Positions 24,826 to 39,414 of a stretch of 64,000 nucleotides of DNA are shown here, piece by piece. The translations under genes were made by a program, and so were the position numbers. The notes beneath the pieces were generated by a model that made no database searches, was not told the origin of the DNA, and saw nothing but the letters and a program-made list of their open reading frames with translations. Source of the DNA: Gnetum montanum (taxonomy: Eukaryota > Plantae > Gnetophyta); NCBI GenBank assembly GCA_015680685.1, contig MNCI01003467.1:593388-657387 (forward strand). Direction: 5' to 3'. The stretch's first letter is position 1; the number at the start of each line of letters is the position of its first letter.

Positions 24826-26458
24826 TGTAGCAACCGAAAACGTCGGTGGTTGGAAAACACCGAGGGGTCGGTGGACATGATAGTTTCGACCCTGTACCTG
24901 CGGGAGGCCATGCTAGGTGTGTGTGGATACGGGGCACCATGAATGGTCTGGTCGATCAGACAGGGACTTAATCGGTGTCTATATAGCCTTTTGCAACATA
25001 TATTTTTTTGAAACTGGATGGAAACACGAAATAATGCTTGCAAGTAAATAAAGCAGAAAAAATAATGCAAGACGCAAGAATAAGCAGGAAATAAAGTAAA
25101 AATGCGGTTAGAAAATTACACCACTTCGAAGCCATAGGTTTGCTTTGTCAAGATGGATATAGTTGGTTGCATAGCATGGCGAAGTGTCGAGATCCCGAGA
25201 GTAACTAGGATGTGTAGAGCAAAACATGTTGTGCGCTTGGGCACGACCTTGAGCGCTAACAATGTAGGGATTCTACCAAGGTGGTAGAAAGGGTATAGAA
25301 CAAAATGTCAGCTAAACATGCTAACTATTTGTAGTGTCAAACAGAAAGCTTACAATGTTGTCGCAACATGCTAGGGAGAGAGCTTGAGCGCTAGAGAAAA
25401 AAGAGTAGGAGACTTAGCGGAAGAGTGCCAACCGAACCGAGGATTGGACCTCTTTTGAATATTGTTTTCTGTAAAATTCCAAACCCTTTGAATGTTGTTT
25501 CTTGGGGTATTTATAGGGCCAAGGGTATGCAAAAGGGGTGGTTTGGATGGCACGCACCTTGGGTCCATGTTGACTTGCTGGCACCACATGTGCCATGTAT
25601 GATCGTTGGACCTATAAGGCCATAACTATGAGCCTGCCACATCGTAATTGCGCTGTCAGCGGCTGGAGACATGTGCTAACGGTCAAATTAGGTGAAGTGC
25701 ATTGATGTCGCACAACCACCCACATGCCTTGGTATGCTTCATAGCATAGCGTGCTTGGCGTAGCATCTTGTCGTTTGTTCTGCCACATGTGTGATGCATG
25801 CTTGCTATGCTATGTAGCGTAGCGTAGCATAGCAACTGGCCTTAGTCGTGAAAGCTTGGTTGATTTACCAACTTTGCTTCCTACGATGCCTGTCTCATGA
25901 ACTCTACTGTTTTTGCCCTTCGAGCTACCTTCTGTCCCTTCCACAGGATTGCTACGCCTTGCTACGCCTTGGAGCTCAATGTAGCGTAGCAGCAGACATG
26001 GTCCACCGCTTCCTTATGGAAAGGGGCATTGTTGAAGGACTTGGGGCTGGGTGTGGGGATTGGCTGTGGAACTGTTGCCATGCTACGCTACATCACGTGG
26101 CGTAGCGTAGTGTGGCGCTCCATTCTGCAATCGCCTTCTGAAGCTTGCTACGCTATATAGCGAGGCGTAGCGTAGTGTGGTGGACTTTGTGACTTAGAAA
26201 ACTTGTCAAACTATTTTTTGCTCATCCAGAATGCTGCTGCCAACTTCGCACACCGTCTCTAAGAAGGTTGTCGGTTGGGTAGGCTACTTTGGTGGACAGG
26301 TAGGATGACGTAGAGCCTGTCCACGTCCAAAGTAGAAAATTTGCTGAACTGGCCAGCCTGAAATTAGATAGTTCTTCTCCCGAAGAACTGCCGTAGTGCC
26401 GCGTGAGTTGCAAGGCCTGGTGAAGCAAGGATGACCTCGCATTTTTTTGGGTGTGTCA
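24826..26458 (-). repeat. 5' LTR of element A (TG...CA, ~1633 bp)
   Basis: Minus strand starts TGACACAC at 26458 and ends ..CTACA at 24826, followed by the PBS. Confidence 0.9.
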
Positions 26459-26776
26459 AGCATCTTCCTCAAATTGTACATAAATGTCCATTTTATCAAT
26501 CTCCCACTCTATCTCCATCTCCATATGTGTTTCTATTTTCTTGTCTATATCCATTTTCTCGTACTCCCACTCTATCTCCATCTTGTACTTAACATTTCCA
26601 AATCCTCCATTTCTGCATTTAACATATATTTCTGAATCCTCCATTTGTAGCATCTTCATTTGGAACATTATCAAATTGAGTTGACGAATTCAGTAGGGAC
26701 TTATTTGAACGTTTGATTTCTTTTGCAAGTTCTCGAGAAACCTTAGGCTACCTATATTTAAAATAATATCTTAAGG

Positions 26777-27105
26777 TAGAAAAAGAAAGTTACTAAAAAA
26801 ATTATAGTTAAAAGAAAAAGAAAATTACTAAAAAATTATAGTTAGAAGAAAAAGAAAGTTACCAAAAAATGACAGTTAGAAAAAAGGAGAAAGTTACCAA
26901 AATATTACAGCTAGAAGAAAAAACAAAGTTACCAAAAAATTACAGCCAGAAGAGAAAAAAGAAAGTTACCAAAAAATTATAGCAAAAAGAAAAAGAAAGT
27001 TGCTAAAAACTTACAACTAGAATATCTTGAGATAGAAAAAGAAAGTTGCCCAAAAATTACAACCAGAATATCTTGATACAGAAAAGAAAGTTGCCAGAAA
27101 ATATT
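26777..27105 (+). repeat. A-rich tandem repeat, ~33-45-bp unit AGAAAAAGAAAGTTACCAAAAAATTACAGCTAG
   Basis: About 9 consecutive degenerate copies. Confidence 0.85.
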
Positions 27106-27119
27106 TTGATAAGGACTTG

Positions 27120-29435
27120 CGTTTACATCACACTTAATGAGTTGTATGCACATCCATGTTTGTGCCTTGTGGGACCCAAGACACATGATATTCGAGCCAC
27201 ATCTCTATCCTGCTCTTTGCTCTATAAATACCTCAGCAAACAACATTCTAGGGGTTGGCTTTTGGCAGTAAGCTTTGACAAAGAGATTGGCGAACAGAAG
27301 GTGGATAAACAACAAATCCCAATAGTAGCACTTCCTGGATCTCTATTTAACCCAACGTAGCAGCTCTTAACGCAACAAGCATTAGCTCATTGGTTCCTGT
27401 TAGCACCCCATTGGCAACAATCTAGAAGCTGTGATCATATCGTTCCATTGTTGTGCCTGTCCAGTATTGCATATCAGTTGTACACATTCATTAACCAAAC
27501 AAAGATTAGATCCCTTGATTTTGGGGTGGTGCATTCCCTTACTTAACCTCTCATTCTATTTTTGCTATAGCATATATGTTGCATTCATGTGTATTTTTTC
27601 ATTCCTATTGTCCTAGTTACATACTTTTTGATACGTTTCTATTGTTGTGCACCCTGTGTTTTCTTCCATTTCAACCTCAGTGTGTTACATTTTAAAATTA
27701 CTATTTTCATACAGTTATTATATGCCACAAAAATCCCTGATTGATCAACCAGACCGTTCAAGGCACCTCGTTTCCTTTTTCTTCAGCACAACCCTTAGAT
27801 GGATCTGAGGTTAGGCTGTATGCCTGATAACCTCTCAGTGTTCTAGCCACCGATGTATTCAGAAGTTATAGTTTTTGGCACTAGAAGGAGGGCCCGAACC
27901 TCTGTCTCTTTTGTGTGTCACAGATCTTACATGTTGTCTGTACCCCATCACCAGTAGCTTGCTAGTGTAGACGTGACACCCCTGTGGTTTTCTACACATT
28001 GGGTGATGCGGATTGGTCGCCACGATGGTTCCCTTGGAACCCTGTAGAATGAAAACCCTAAATTGTCTACTGTGTTATGTTGCCTATCTATTGCATTATG
28101 CTGCTTGCGTCCTATGTAGCATAGCGAATTTGTCAGTGTAGTGGTTCCTAAACCGTCTACTATGTTACACTATGTGTCTACTATGTTACGTTGCCTACGT
28201 CCTATATAGCATAGCAACCTTGTTAGTGTAGTGGTTCCTAAATTGTCTACTATGTTATGTTGCCTATCTATTGCATTATGCTGCTTGCGTTCTATGTAGC
28301 ATAGCAACTTTGTTAGTGTAGTGGTTCCTAAACTGTCTACTGTGTTACACTACCTGTCTACTATGTTACGTTGCCTACGTCCTATATAGCATAGCAACCT
28401 TGTTAGTGTAGCGGTTCCTAAATTGTCTACTGTGTTACGCTACTTATCTACTGCGTTACGCTGCTTGCATCCTATGTAGCGTAGCAACCCTGTTAGTGTA
28501 GCAGTTCCTAAACTATCTGCTGCATTACATTATCTGTCTACTACGTTACGCTACCTGCGTTCTATGTAGCGTAGCGAAGAAAACTAGCTTTTCAGCATTT
28601 TTAAACGTCCCTAGTTTCAATCTATTTTCTCTGCGGCTTTAGACCTTAACTGTTTAATGCAAAATGTACTATTTTCATATCGGAAAAATGAATCTTGTTA
28701 CCACTTCAGTTTCTACCGTGAGTGTGGAGGTGTCTCACTTTGTTCCACACACGGTGAATCCTAAGCAACCACCTAGCCTAATGCAGGTACCGTAGTAGTC
28801 TCTTAGACTACAGCATCAATCGCCCAAACGTCTGCCTCAAGAGGAAGAGCAATATAAATTTTTGTGCACAAAAATCCAAGCAAATATACCATTGGACTAT
28901 CGTGAGTTTGAGGAAAATGTAACTTTGAGATCATTCATCGGAATGGAAGGGAGTTCATTCCTATGTTTGATACCACTATCCCACTCACCGACACATGTCA
29001 ATGGCTTTTAAACCAACTTGTGCAATTAAGTAGATCAAGAGAATGGGATACAATGTGTCACCATGATGAACCTTTTCATGATGGCCAAGAGGAGTTAGAC
29101 TCCCATTTTGAAGGTGGTGGTCCAATCTATGCTATGACTGTCCCTTTCACCTCTATTGTTTGTTTGCACCAATCACGATTTTTTGCCTCTTTTGGTACTG
29201 CCACGACACTGTTGCAACCCAGACCCTCTTTGGTGATGGGTAGTCATCAAATGTTGTCAACATATAAGCATGCAGGCCCTTCAACCTCATTTCCCATTAA
29301 TCATCCTTCCCAGTCTGTCCAAGCCCCGCACCCAACGTCTGTGATGCCCACACTGCCATACGTGCATACCATGCCCACATCACAACTGCATGTAAGTTCT
29401 ATTTCTATCCCCTCCTCTATACCCATTCCACCATC
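27120..29435 (+). mobile_element. Fragment B1 of Tat family B: 3' third of LTR, PBS, 5' UTR, gag N-terminus
   Basis: 27130-27870 is colinear with the B2 3' LTR 53490-54246; PBS TGGCACTAGAAGGAGGG at 27876-27892; 29168-29435 is homologous to 36061-36329. Confidence 0.85.
28055..28577 (+). repeat. ~90-bp tandem repeat (about 6 units) in the B1 5' UTR
   Basis: Repeated cctaaa(c/t)tgtctactgtgttac..cctatgtagcatagcaac..tgttagtgtagtggtt. Confidence 0.9.
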
Positions 29436-31721
29436 AACGAGGCCACGTTGATGAGGTCTCGTCAACGTAGTCGATAGACCTACACCCACGGTTTTATTGT
29501 GATTATAGATGACACCAGAAATGAAACACCTATAGGTAGGAGAACCCTCTCAACCAATGGAGTAATGGCTTAGAGCTAGAAGGGGCCAATAAGAATAAGC
29601 CCAAGAACCACCAGAGGCAACCCATGCAATGGAACTTCTTTGAGAGGAGCCCAAAGTGGAATCTGTTCAATAGATTCTAGAAGAAGAAGTACCAACAAAG
29701 TAGTCATAGTGAGGGAAAGCACTAGGACTTGTGCCAAGGCTTGAAGTCACTTTAACTTAAGCTTGCCTTGACATCAAAAAATTTTAAAAGATCCAATGTT
29801 CAGTTCTCCAAGAACTGAACGTTGGGAAATTTCTAGAGAAAGCTCCAGCAGAAGTTAAAACATAATTACAAATCTCTCCCATGTGGCCAATCATCACCTC
29901 TAGTGGGGAGTGGTACATGGGAGAGACATATCTCTTCTAGAATAATACAAGGCTAGGGTCCATAGTAAAAATCAAGGATATTCAGGTGTCCTACTTAGTT
30001 GAGGCTATCGCATAAGCACTAGGGTTGCTTGATATTGGGACACAACTGGCAGAGCTATCAACACAAGGTGATCCTAAAGCCAAAAAGGAGTAAACTCAGT
30101 AGTGTTACAGGGTCACCATAAGGAGTTCCATGTGCTTGCACTCAGGGAGTGCATCTACTTCAAGATAGTGGCATATCACCTCAATCCAATGATGAGGCTT
30201 AGCAAGGTGACCACTTTTTCCACTTGGGCATCTCTGAGCAGGAGATTTCCTATAAAATTGCCATAATTGATCTATTTAGAGATCAAAAAACACTTCAAGG
30301 AAAATGAACGTCGAAGGAAAATCTCCCTCTTGATTTCTAGCTTTCTTAGTATCAATCTTATGGGATGTAGAACAAAAGTCTCATGATCATCCAGAATAGC
30401 TTCAAAATTTTCTCTCTTCTCCATGTTTGTAAATCTTAGCATAGGTATCTCTCTTAGGGTTCTTACTCTCTCTCACATGATGAATTTAAGAATTGGCTAC
30501 AATTGATGAATCTTGGAAGCCATAGTTCTTCCTTAAATAGATATTTTATACTTGCTATATTTGGGAGGATTAGTGACATGTATTTGCTACAATTTGATTT
30601 TTGTGGATTATCTTGGCATGTGTATAGTTATTGCTATAGTTTTTTATTGATTTTATGATACTAAAAGTTAAATGCATTTACTCATGACATTCGAAGCATT
30701 TAATGTTCATTGTTGGTAAATTTGGAAAATCTTTTAAATATTTATTGATTTTTGTTAACATTATAATATAAGAAGATCAATTAGTAATGCTACTTTTTAC
30801 ATCAATATACATTCATAAGTTGAATTGGATAAGATGATTTATAATGCTTCTTAGACAAATTATTCATAAGCCAAGGATTAAAGCTATAAGGAATATTGTC
30901 ATTGCTTGTAATAAATTTTCTTGCCTTTATTCCTAAATCTACTATAATTTCCTTGTATGTTATAGCTAGTTTGATTATTGTTGTAGTTACTTTTATTGTT
31001 TTTGTAGTATTTTTTCTTATTGTCTTAATCTAAAAACATGTTTTTATTGCATTCAACTCTTCTTCCAATGGTAATACTAGGTATGTCAAATCCTTCATTC
31101 AATGTTATTGCAGTAGCTATACAACAAAAATTTTCTTATGAATAAAAGACATTAGAAGTTCAAGGACATCTTGAATTATCTTCTTGAGGTCTCTTATCTA
31201 CTTGAGCAATATCTCCATCTCATATGTTCACTAGAGAAGAAATTGCATGATGGCTTAAGTTCTAAACTTCTTAATTTTCTTCTTCATTTGAATCCCCTTA
31301 TTATAGCACCATTATCTTAACTATCCTTCTTAACTTCTTTTGCAATGATTTCTCTAATACATCATGTTGTTTAGCAACTAGAAAATGACTAAGGAACTTT
31401 ACTATAAATTTCTTAGTAACAAACCATCTGAGCTTAAATATCATGTTAGACAGCTATGATGTTAATCACACCAACTAACCTTTAATAGATTAATATCATG
31501 AAACTCAAAATATCAGTCAATATTTTTAATTATTTTCATGTTTTTCATAATACAAATCCATTCTTTATAATATGTTATATTATTCCATTGTTCATAACTC
31601 ATAATATTCATTGCTAGGATTGTAGTATCTAGCTTTTATTCATAGTTCTGTATTAAATTACGAATAACTTGTTTTAGTTCAATGATCAATTTTCCATTTT
31701 TTACTAAGTTCATATTGAACT

Positions 31722-33114
31722 TGTTGGGCCTAGAAATTTCTATTACTGGAATAGAAACCAAAAAACCCAAGCACTGAAATAGTTTTAACCTCGAATCCCA
31801 AGGGCCTCTAGAAACAAGATTCAAAGGGCCCTAGACAATTTGGCCAATCACCCAAGGACTTAAGGAAGAGTAAATAGAAATGGCAACAAAAACATAAACA
31901 TAAACAAACATAGAAGTGTAGATTCATAGTGGAAACAAACATAGAAATGAAAATGTAAACTAAATTCTTCACAATAAGAACTACAACTTTATTAAAATGA
32001 GAAATAAAGAATAAGATTCACAGACTATAGATTCATGTGCTGGATGCACAAGAAGTTACTATAGGAGCTTGAAGTTTGTCAAAGCCTAAAATCTATGTTA
32101 GAAGCTCCAAGATCTAGGTGCTTCCCAACTCCTATTTCTATCAACACCTACTTGTTTTCACCAAGATTTGCAACTGTGGCCGCATATTGGTGTTACACCT
32201 CTGACATAATGGTATCACATGGAAGTCTTTGTGCCCAACGTAGACACTAATTTTCTTAAAGGTGTTACAAGGTTGTGGAAAGGCTCTTAGCTACAAGGTT
32301 CTCTTAGGCTATGGAAAATTTATGATGCTGATTTTTGCCAAAGGTTGAGGAACTAGAGAAAGGTATTTATGTGTGGTTTTTATAGGGTGGAATTGGTAAT
32401 TTTGGGGCATGCACACCATTGTTGTGATTGCTAATAGATTGGTGTCAATTTGCAAGTATCAATGGTCATCCATTCTCAGTGTAGTTTCCATTTATAGTAA
32501 TTTCAGAATATCATAGCCACAAAAACCCATCCATTTACTATAAATAGTAAATGGACTTCTATGAATACACTAGCACAAACCTTACTATGCTAAATTTCAA
32601 CTAAGATGTAGTTGCTAGAGTATGTAGTCAACTCCAACACTAGGAAACACTACATATTCTATTATTCTAGAGATGCTTCATATTCCATTGTTCTAGTGTT
32701 CCATTGTTCCAATGTTCCGATGTTCTAAAAATGTTACAACTACTAAAAACTTGGGATGACTATGCTAGAGTTGAAAGATTGGAAATGGAAAATCCCAATG
32801 ATTCCATCGATGCTGGGAGGGTAGATGGTTCTAGCATAGTTAAGGTTATATCCCAACAAAAACCCATAGAAATACCAAATTTGGGCATTCCAAAGGAATT
32901 TTCAACCTTTCCAAGGCCAAATATAAACATGAGATACCTTTTTCTACTTGAGAAGTGAGGCAATAACAACTTTTGAAGTATATTTCAACCCCAAAAAGTT
33001 GAAGTATGCAAGATTATAGCACATGGAATATAAATTTCACATTACAATAAGGTCTTGTCTCAAGTTGGGAAAAGAACATTGCAATTTTCAACATGAATTA
33101 TTGGTGGTGTTTCA
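31722..33114 (-). repeat. 3' LTR of Tat element C
   Basis: Begins TGAAACACC after a PPT-like sequence (as in A and B2); homologous in reverse complement to the LTR at 56175-57440. Confidence 0.7.
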
Positions 33115-34133
33115 TTGATCCCTATTTGTTGATGTTTGGAGGATTGACTTGAGAGATAATGACAAAGAATAACAAACACCACTACAGGTCCATCACTAAC
33201 GTTCCCTCTCTGCACTTGATTCAGTAGTGTCGAACCATGCCAAAGAGTACTTTTGATAATGTGATAAGGTCATAATGAGGTAATAGATGATAAATATAGT
33301 ATTTGGCTATAAGGACATGGTTATGATGATTAACAATGAGTTTTGAATGTTAACATCATGTTTATAATTATGGCATGATGCTTTGTTTAATCGATGTAGT
33401 CTCAGCACTTCATCCTTTGAAATGTTTGCCACTCAACAATGCGTTTGAGAAACCAACACCTCGCTCCAAGGCTTCTTTGGCCATAAGGCTCCTTCCTTTG
33501 CATGTTTGGAGCCATTGGTTTGACCTCTTAGGCTTCATAGGCCATTTGACTTCTTGGGAATTTTCTTTCCCTCTTTGTTTTTTTTCTTCTTGGTGAAACC
33601 TTCATTAGGTTTCATTACCAAAGATAGTTTTGATTTGGTTTTCTTGTTTAATGATAGGTGTTACACTCAACAGACTTGTAGGGGAAGCATGGTGAAGGTA
33701 TGTCACAAAGCCATAAAGCATGAAATTCAAACATTGGTCATCACTATTATTCATATGAGAAAGGTTATAAATAGGCGATAGGGTTGGGCTCAAGGAGTGG
33801 TAATTGTAATGATGTGGAACAAGCACTCTTGGTACAGTAGAACAAACTCACTGAATCTTACTCATTGATGTCACATGATGACTTACTACTATAATGAGTT
33901 GCACCTCCATGATGACTTCAAACTTCACCTTGCAAGTACAACTCTAAGAGAACAAGAAAACCAAACCAAAAAGTCATGTTGTTATAATACAATGCATAAG
34001 GCCATATAAGATAATCAACAAAACAAGCTATCTACAAGTCACCAATGTTATAAAAATTACACAGCTCATCTGTTATGAAAAGTATGATAACATAGGTTTA
34101 CTTGTTATTACCTATGGTGGTCATTGATGTTGG

Positions 34134-34301
34134 CTACATGTAGTAAGGCTTTAGATAAGAATGATTAATTAGATTAGCTAACTCATTCCCATCCATGTCA
34201 ACTATCATGAATGCTCTATTATTGTAGGCTTTGGTGATCAAGAAAGATCCTTCCCAATTAGCTAAGAATTCATCTGCATGATCAAAGATATCTTTAAGGA
34301 C
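34134..34301 (-). pseudogene. C-terminal end of element C integrase (split by B2)
   Basis: VLKDIFDHADEFLANWEGSFLITKAY..LINHSYLKPYY; continues from KIKEEDLVL at 54247+. Confidence 0.85.
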
Positions 34302-36050
34302 TAAAACACCATCAATTTTGGGACTCTCATGATTCAACACAGTCCAAAAATTTGGGCAAGGATCTCTGCAAGCGCAGTTTCATGCTAGACCACATAGATA
34401 ACATGGCACCCTAGAAGTCTTGACACCTACGAAGCTACTTCTAGGCCTACCTACCACCCTCTATAGCATAGTCAACGTAGCACCTAGTCATGAGGCTAGT
34501 TTACACAAAAGTGGAACTTAGGATGGACTAAATAGATTGGAAAATTTTCTAATTGTGAGGCTTGCTATGCTATGCTACCCTGCACTACATAGCATAGCAG
34601 GCCATGTGGTGTTAAAACTATTGCAAGTGTTAGATCAGACGCAGAAGATGCAGCTAGTATATATTTAGTCCTCAAGGATGCCCACCCCACTTCATCCTTG
34701 GAATATGATCAGTGTAGCATGGAAAAAATATGGCAAATGTCACAAAAGTCATCCCATTTTTGGTGCTATGCTATGCTACATTGCACAGTGTAGCATGTGT
34801 AGCGAGATGCCAACTGTTGCACAATCTTCCTTGAAATTGTGTTGATAGAGAAAATGCACTTGACCATTCTTCAATTTTTAAGGATGCTTGCCTTACTCTA
34901 CCCTTGAAGTGTGATTGATGTGACATAGGCAAATGTTGTAAAAGCCACCCCAATCTAGGTGCTACGCTATGCCATGCCGCACAGCGTAGTAGGATGCCAG
35001 CACTAAGAAAGTCTTCTCTCATATTGCTTTGACAAAAGAACTACATTTAGTCATGCTTCAACCTCTAGGACTGCTTGTCCCACTCCGCCTTTAGAGCTGA
35101 TCAAAGTCTCTTCACAAAGCATTGTAGATTAAGCTCAAATTCATATTAGACTAGGTGTCACACTGTGCTATGTTGCATAGTGTAGCATAGCGTAGTGAAG
35201 ACATCGAGGTTAAAAGTATCCCAGGGATGAAATGAGGAAGTCTCAGGCTCCTTTAACATGAAAAGTGTAATGGCTAGTTATTGAAATAGCTTGCCTTGCT
35301 AGGCCTTAGGGGGTTTATTTTTAGTTTTCAAGCAAGATTTGTCTTAAAGGTGGCTGCTACGCTGTGCTACACTGCATATTGTAGCATAGCGTAACGAGTA
35401 GGTATTCATGCTACTCTGCTATGTTGAACAACGTAAGTAGCGTAAGACTTGAAAAGAGGCTACAAGACATCTCTGGAAGCTCCAGGCCTCATCATCAATG
35501 GTTATTTCTGCCCCAGCATCTCCTTGATAGCCGAGATCAGTAGTTTGCCTTGCTTGTTGCATCCCTTGTTGAGTCCCAAAATTGTCTCTACACTTGACCC
35601 TACTCGTAAGAGAGGGGAAGATGTAGTCCTGAAGCATAAGCTTCACTTTACATTTGTCATAAGAATTTTTTGTAAAAATATGGTAGTCCCTTGGGTACAT
35701 GCAGTCTGAATGATATGGTCACATCTCAATAGGTTTCACTTCCAACCTCGTTCCATTTAGCGTAGCACATCAGCATTGCATCACACGTTAGCGTGGCACA
35801 TCCACGTTTGTTCCCTATGGGACACAGGACACGCGATATCCGAGCCACATCTCTCTCCTACTCTTAGCTCTATAAATACCCCAGCAAACAACATTTTAGG
35901 GGTTGGCTTTTGGGTTGGCTTTTGGCAGTTGGCTTCTAGTAGTAAGCTTTGACGAAGAGATTGGTGAACAGAAGGTGGATAAACAACAAATCCCAGTAGT
36001 AGCACTTCTTGAATCTCTCTTTAACCTAGTGTAGCAGCTCTTAACCTAGC
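34302..36050 (+). repeat. 5' LTR of B2, truncated by a deletion removing the LTR end, PBS, 5' UTR and gag start
   Basis: Colinear with 52029-53750, then joins directly to gag at 36061. Confidence 0.88.
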
Positions 36051-36060
36051 GTAGCATAGC

Positions 36061-39000
36061 ACCAATCATGATTTTTTACCTCTTTTGCTACTGCCACGAC
36101 ACTGCCACAACCCAGACCCTCTTTGGTGATGGGTAGTCATCAAATGTTGTTAACGTATCAGCATGTAGGTCCTTCAACCTCATTTCCCATTAATCATTCT
36201 TCCTAGTCTGTCCAAGCCCCACACCCAACATCTATGATGCCCACACTTCCATACGTGCACACCATGCCCACATCACAATTGCATGTGAGTTCTATTTCTA
36301 TTCCCTCCTCTATACCCATTCCACCATCAGTAGCAGGCCCAACTTCAACTACATGGTGGATAGCAACGACCTCTTTTCCTGTAGCTCAAATGTCTCATAT
36401 GTCACAATACGCATAGCCCCAAACATACCAAGTTTCACATGTAACACAATCAAATACAAGACTGTGGGCCACCCCAACCATTGGATAGATAACCACCCAT
36501 AGTGCTAATGATGCCAGCTGCTCCAGTGGCACCACCCACTTGGTTGTGGGCTGCTCAAACAACACCACTAACAGGAGTTGTTCCGACAGCATCCCCAATG
36601 GGACTAGCAGCCACACCAATAGCGCCACTAGTGATGGCTACTCTAGTAGCTTCACAACCCCTTGTAACACCCCCAGGTTTGGACCAAGCCTTTTAGCTCA
36701 TCCGAACCCTCACAGAAGAAATTAAATGGTTCAAAGTTGTCGGTTCTAAAATCGTTCAAGTCATGGACTTCTACCAAGATGACCCAATCAGTCTAGTTGT
36801 TCTTGTGCTCATGTTGTGCCCTAGGGTACAACTTTTCCAGTTTACAAAATACAATGGGAAAGGTGATCCAAATGTCCACTTGGTCACTTTCAGGTCTAAA
36901 TCCTTGTTACTACAACCGTGGCCCCATACCATCATTCATGTTTTTGCCATGTCTCTTATAGGCAAGGCCTTAGACTGGTACCATGGGCTTTCCCACACTT
37001 CTATCTCATCATTAGAAGAATTGCTAAGCTAGTTCATGATTTGTTTTACATAGAACTTGAAGCTGAAAGTCATGAACGTTGAACAAGAACCACTAGAATT
37101 CATACAAAAATTCATACGATGTTGGAGTGCTACCCTAAACGAAATACGTGAACCAATTGCTAAGGCTCATTTGCTAGCTATTTTCAAAGGAGCAGTAAAT
37201 GATTTTATCAAATCCAAACTATATTATTTGGCTCCGCATTCCCTTAGCCAAGCATTCACTCAAACTAAAAGAATTTAGGATGTGGAGGAGGCTAGTAGAG
37301 ATCTAGCCTACGTAGCCTATAAAAACACTCATACAAAGAAAGAAAAAGAGAAAGGGAAGGCCATAGCAACCATGATGGCCACTGTGGCTAATGAGAATAA
37401 GTCCAACAATAGTAAAAAGACTACCACAACACCTAAATCCTTCACTAACACAACACCTAGATCCAGTAGCACTAGTCAACCCTCAACATTAACACCCATA
37501 GCGCAAACTCTGCCAAGGCCAAATTTTGAGCGCAAGGATCGCTCAAAATATACCTTATTACCAATTAAGCCTCTGGAGCTTCTGAGTCAATTATTGGGAG
37601 CTAGGTGTATCCAACATAAATGGATGTTAGAGGAGGCCCTTAAGCATCACCAAAGGTATTGTGAAGTCCTTTGAGACACCTCCTTGGCTATGCCTAATGA
37701 ACCACTAGTACCCAGGAACTTCAAGCTAGAGCATTTTTGCGATTATCATCAATTGTGTGGGCATGATATAGATTATTGACTAGCATTGAAAGATGATATC
37801 CAATGAATGATCGATCAGGGTAAGTTGGTCCTAGATGAGAGCAGTCCTGTCTGACCTGAAAACCAATCGATGAGTGTTTACAAAGATCCTTTGAATGCTA
37901 ACAATGCAAGTTAGACTATCAATGCCATTGGCATTGATGATAACACAGAATCACAACATGAACCATTCAGAGTTCATGTACCTTTTGTACTTAAAATTGC
38001 ACCTTTTGTACTTAAAATTGCATCGTGTCCCACTACAACAACATAGGCAGCATTTGTTATCAGGGTGCCAAAGCATGTAAATTCCCCTACTACCCAAAGT
38101 TGAGTGATGAGCACCATGTCTCAACCTCCTCATCCAGGGAAACACAAAGAACTTCTAGTAGATAAGTTGGCTAGAGAATTTACCACATTGGGCCCCCCTA
38201 AGCCCACTTCCTTTTTTGCAGTTCCCATGACCTCTTCATCATCAGCCATTGGTGGAAACACACACATGCAACTGTCATCCTCTAATTCAAAAAAGCTTAT
38301 TATCTAATCCAAAGCCACTCCCCCTCGGGAGATTCATCTTCTAGGGTGCATAGAAGAAGAAAAAGTTAACAAATAATCAGACAGTGGGCAAGACTTCCTA
38401 AATGCACTTTCATAGGTTAAACAGGCCTTGAAACAAAAGAACATAACATTAAGCTTGTATGACTTAATAATGACCTTTGCGATGCATCGTGAAGCTTTGG
38501 TTCACATGTTAGCATCTATTTCTATTAGTGAAAACATGCCAACCGAAGAGAAAGCTATCCATGCCATTATGCTTCCCTCTATGGCTAAAGAATTGTGGCT
38601 AGCCCATTTAACATTTCATGACAAAGCCATCAAAGATGATCCTAAAAAGGATCAAGTGACTATCGCTCCCATGTTTATCACAATTCAAGTAGGTCAATAT
38701 AAGATTCGTAGAATACACATTGATAATGGGGCTGCCACCAATGTGATACCATTCCCCATAGTGAACAAGTTGGGCCTAGTAGATTAAATCAAGCCCACAA
38801 CAACCTCATGTTTAAAGTCATTCAATGGAGCACATGTTGTGGTCAAGGGGACTGTTACCATCAACTTTGTAGCAGGGGACCAATTTTCCACTAGCGCAGT
38901 ATTTATTGTGGTAGAAGAGATGCCTGGGTTAAACTTGATCTTGGGAAGATTGTGATTAGCCCAACTAAGAGCTATTTCCTCATCCATACACCAAGAGATC

Positions 39001-39294
39001 CACTTACCCTATGCAGGTGAAGAGGTGGTGATCTTTGGTGATGAAGTAGCTCTCCTAGCCATAAACAATATAGACATGGAACAAGGATCAGAGATAGAAA
39101 TCTCTAAAAATGAATCACCCATTCATGTTGAAATTCCATGTTTGACAAATGAGCCATCCAAAACCACCGACTTAAATGAAGAAACCATGTGGGCTGAATT
39201 GCCCTTTCAAATAGGAAATGATGACAGAGAGGAATACCACCGTAAGGCTTCCCAAGCCTATGCCTTGCCTAACCCACGTCGGATTAGGAAATAG
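36061..39294 (+). pseudogene. gag: Gag-protease of B2
   Basis: KYNGKGDPNVHL..FAMSL..ALDWY; FCDYHQLCGH; protease RIHIDNGAATNVIP; homologous throughout to the gag of A. Confidence 0.9.
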
Positions 39295-39414
39295 TTGCAT
39301 GATTAAAGTTTACCTCCACTTTACTTCAATAAATTTTATACTTCTGTTTGCATGGTTTCCATTTTGCATTAAGTTTTTTGTTTGCATTGTCCTTGCCATT
39401 GGCATTAGTTAAAG

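Larger units (their letters stand above)
10362..26458 (-). mobile_element. Tat-superclade Ty3/gypsy LTR retrotransposon 'A' (RT-RH-aRH-INT order), decayed, TSD AGCAT
   Basis: Two homologous ~1.6-kb LTRs, PBS, PPT, gag-PR and pol with an additional archaeal-type RNase H; AGCAT at 10357-10361 and 26459-26463. Confidence 0.92.

Noticed and set aside
26456-26684. Repetitive MDID/EIEWE ORF as a protein-coding gene
   Set aside because: Short, low-complexity, no recognisable domain; used only as evidence for the TSD.
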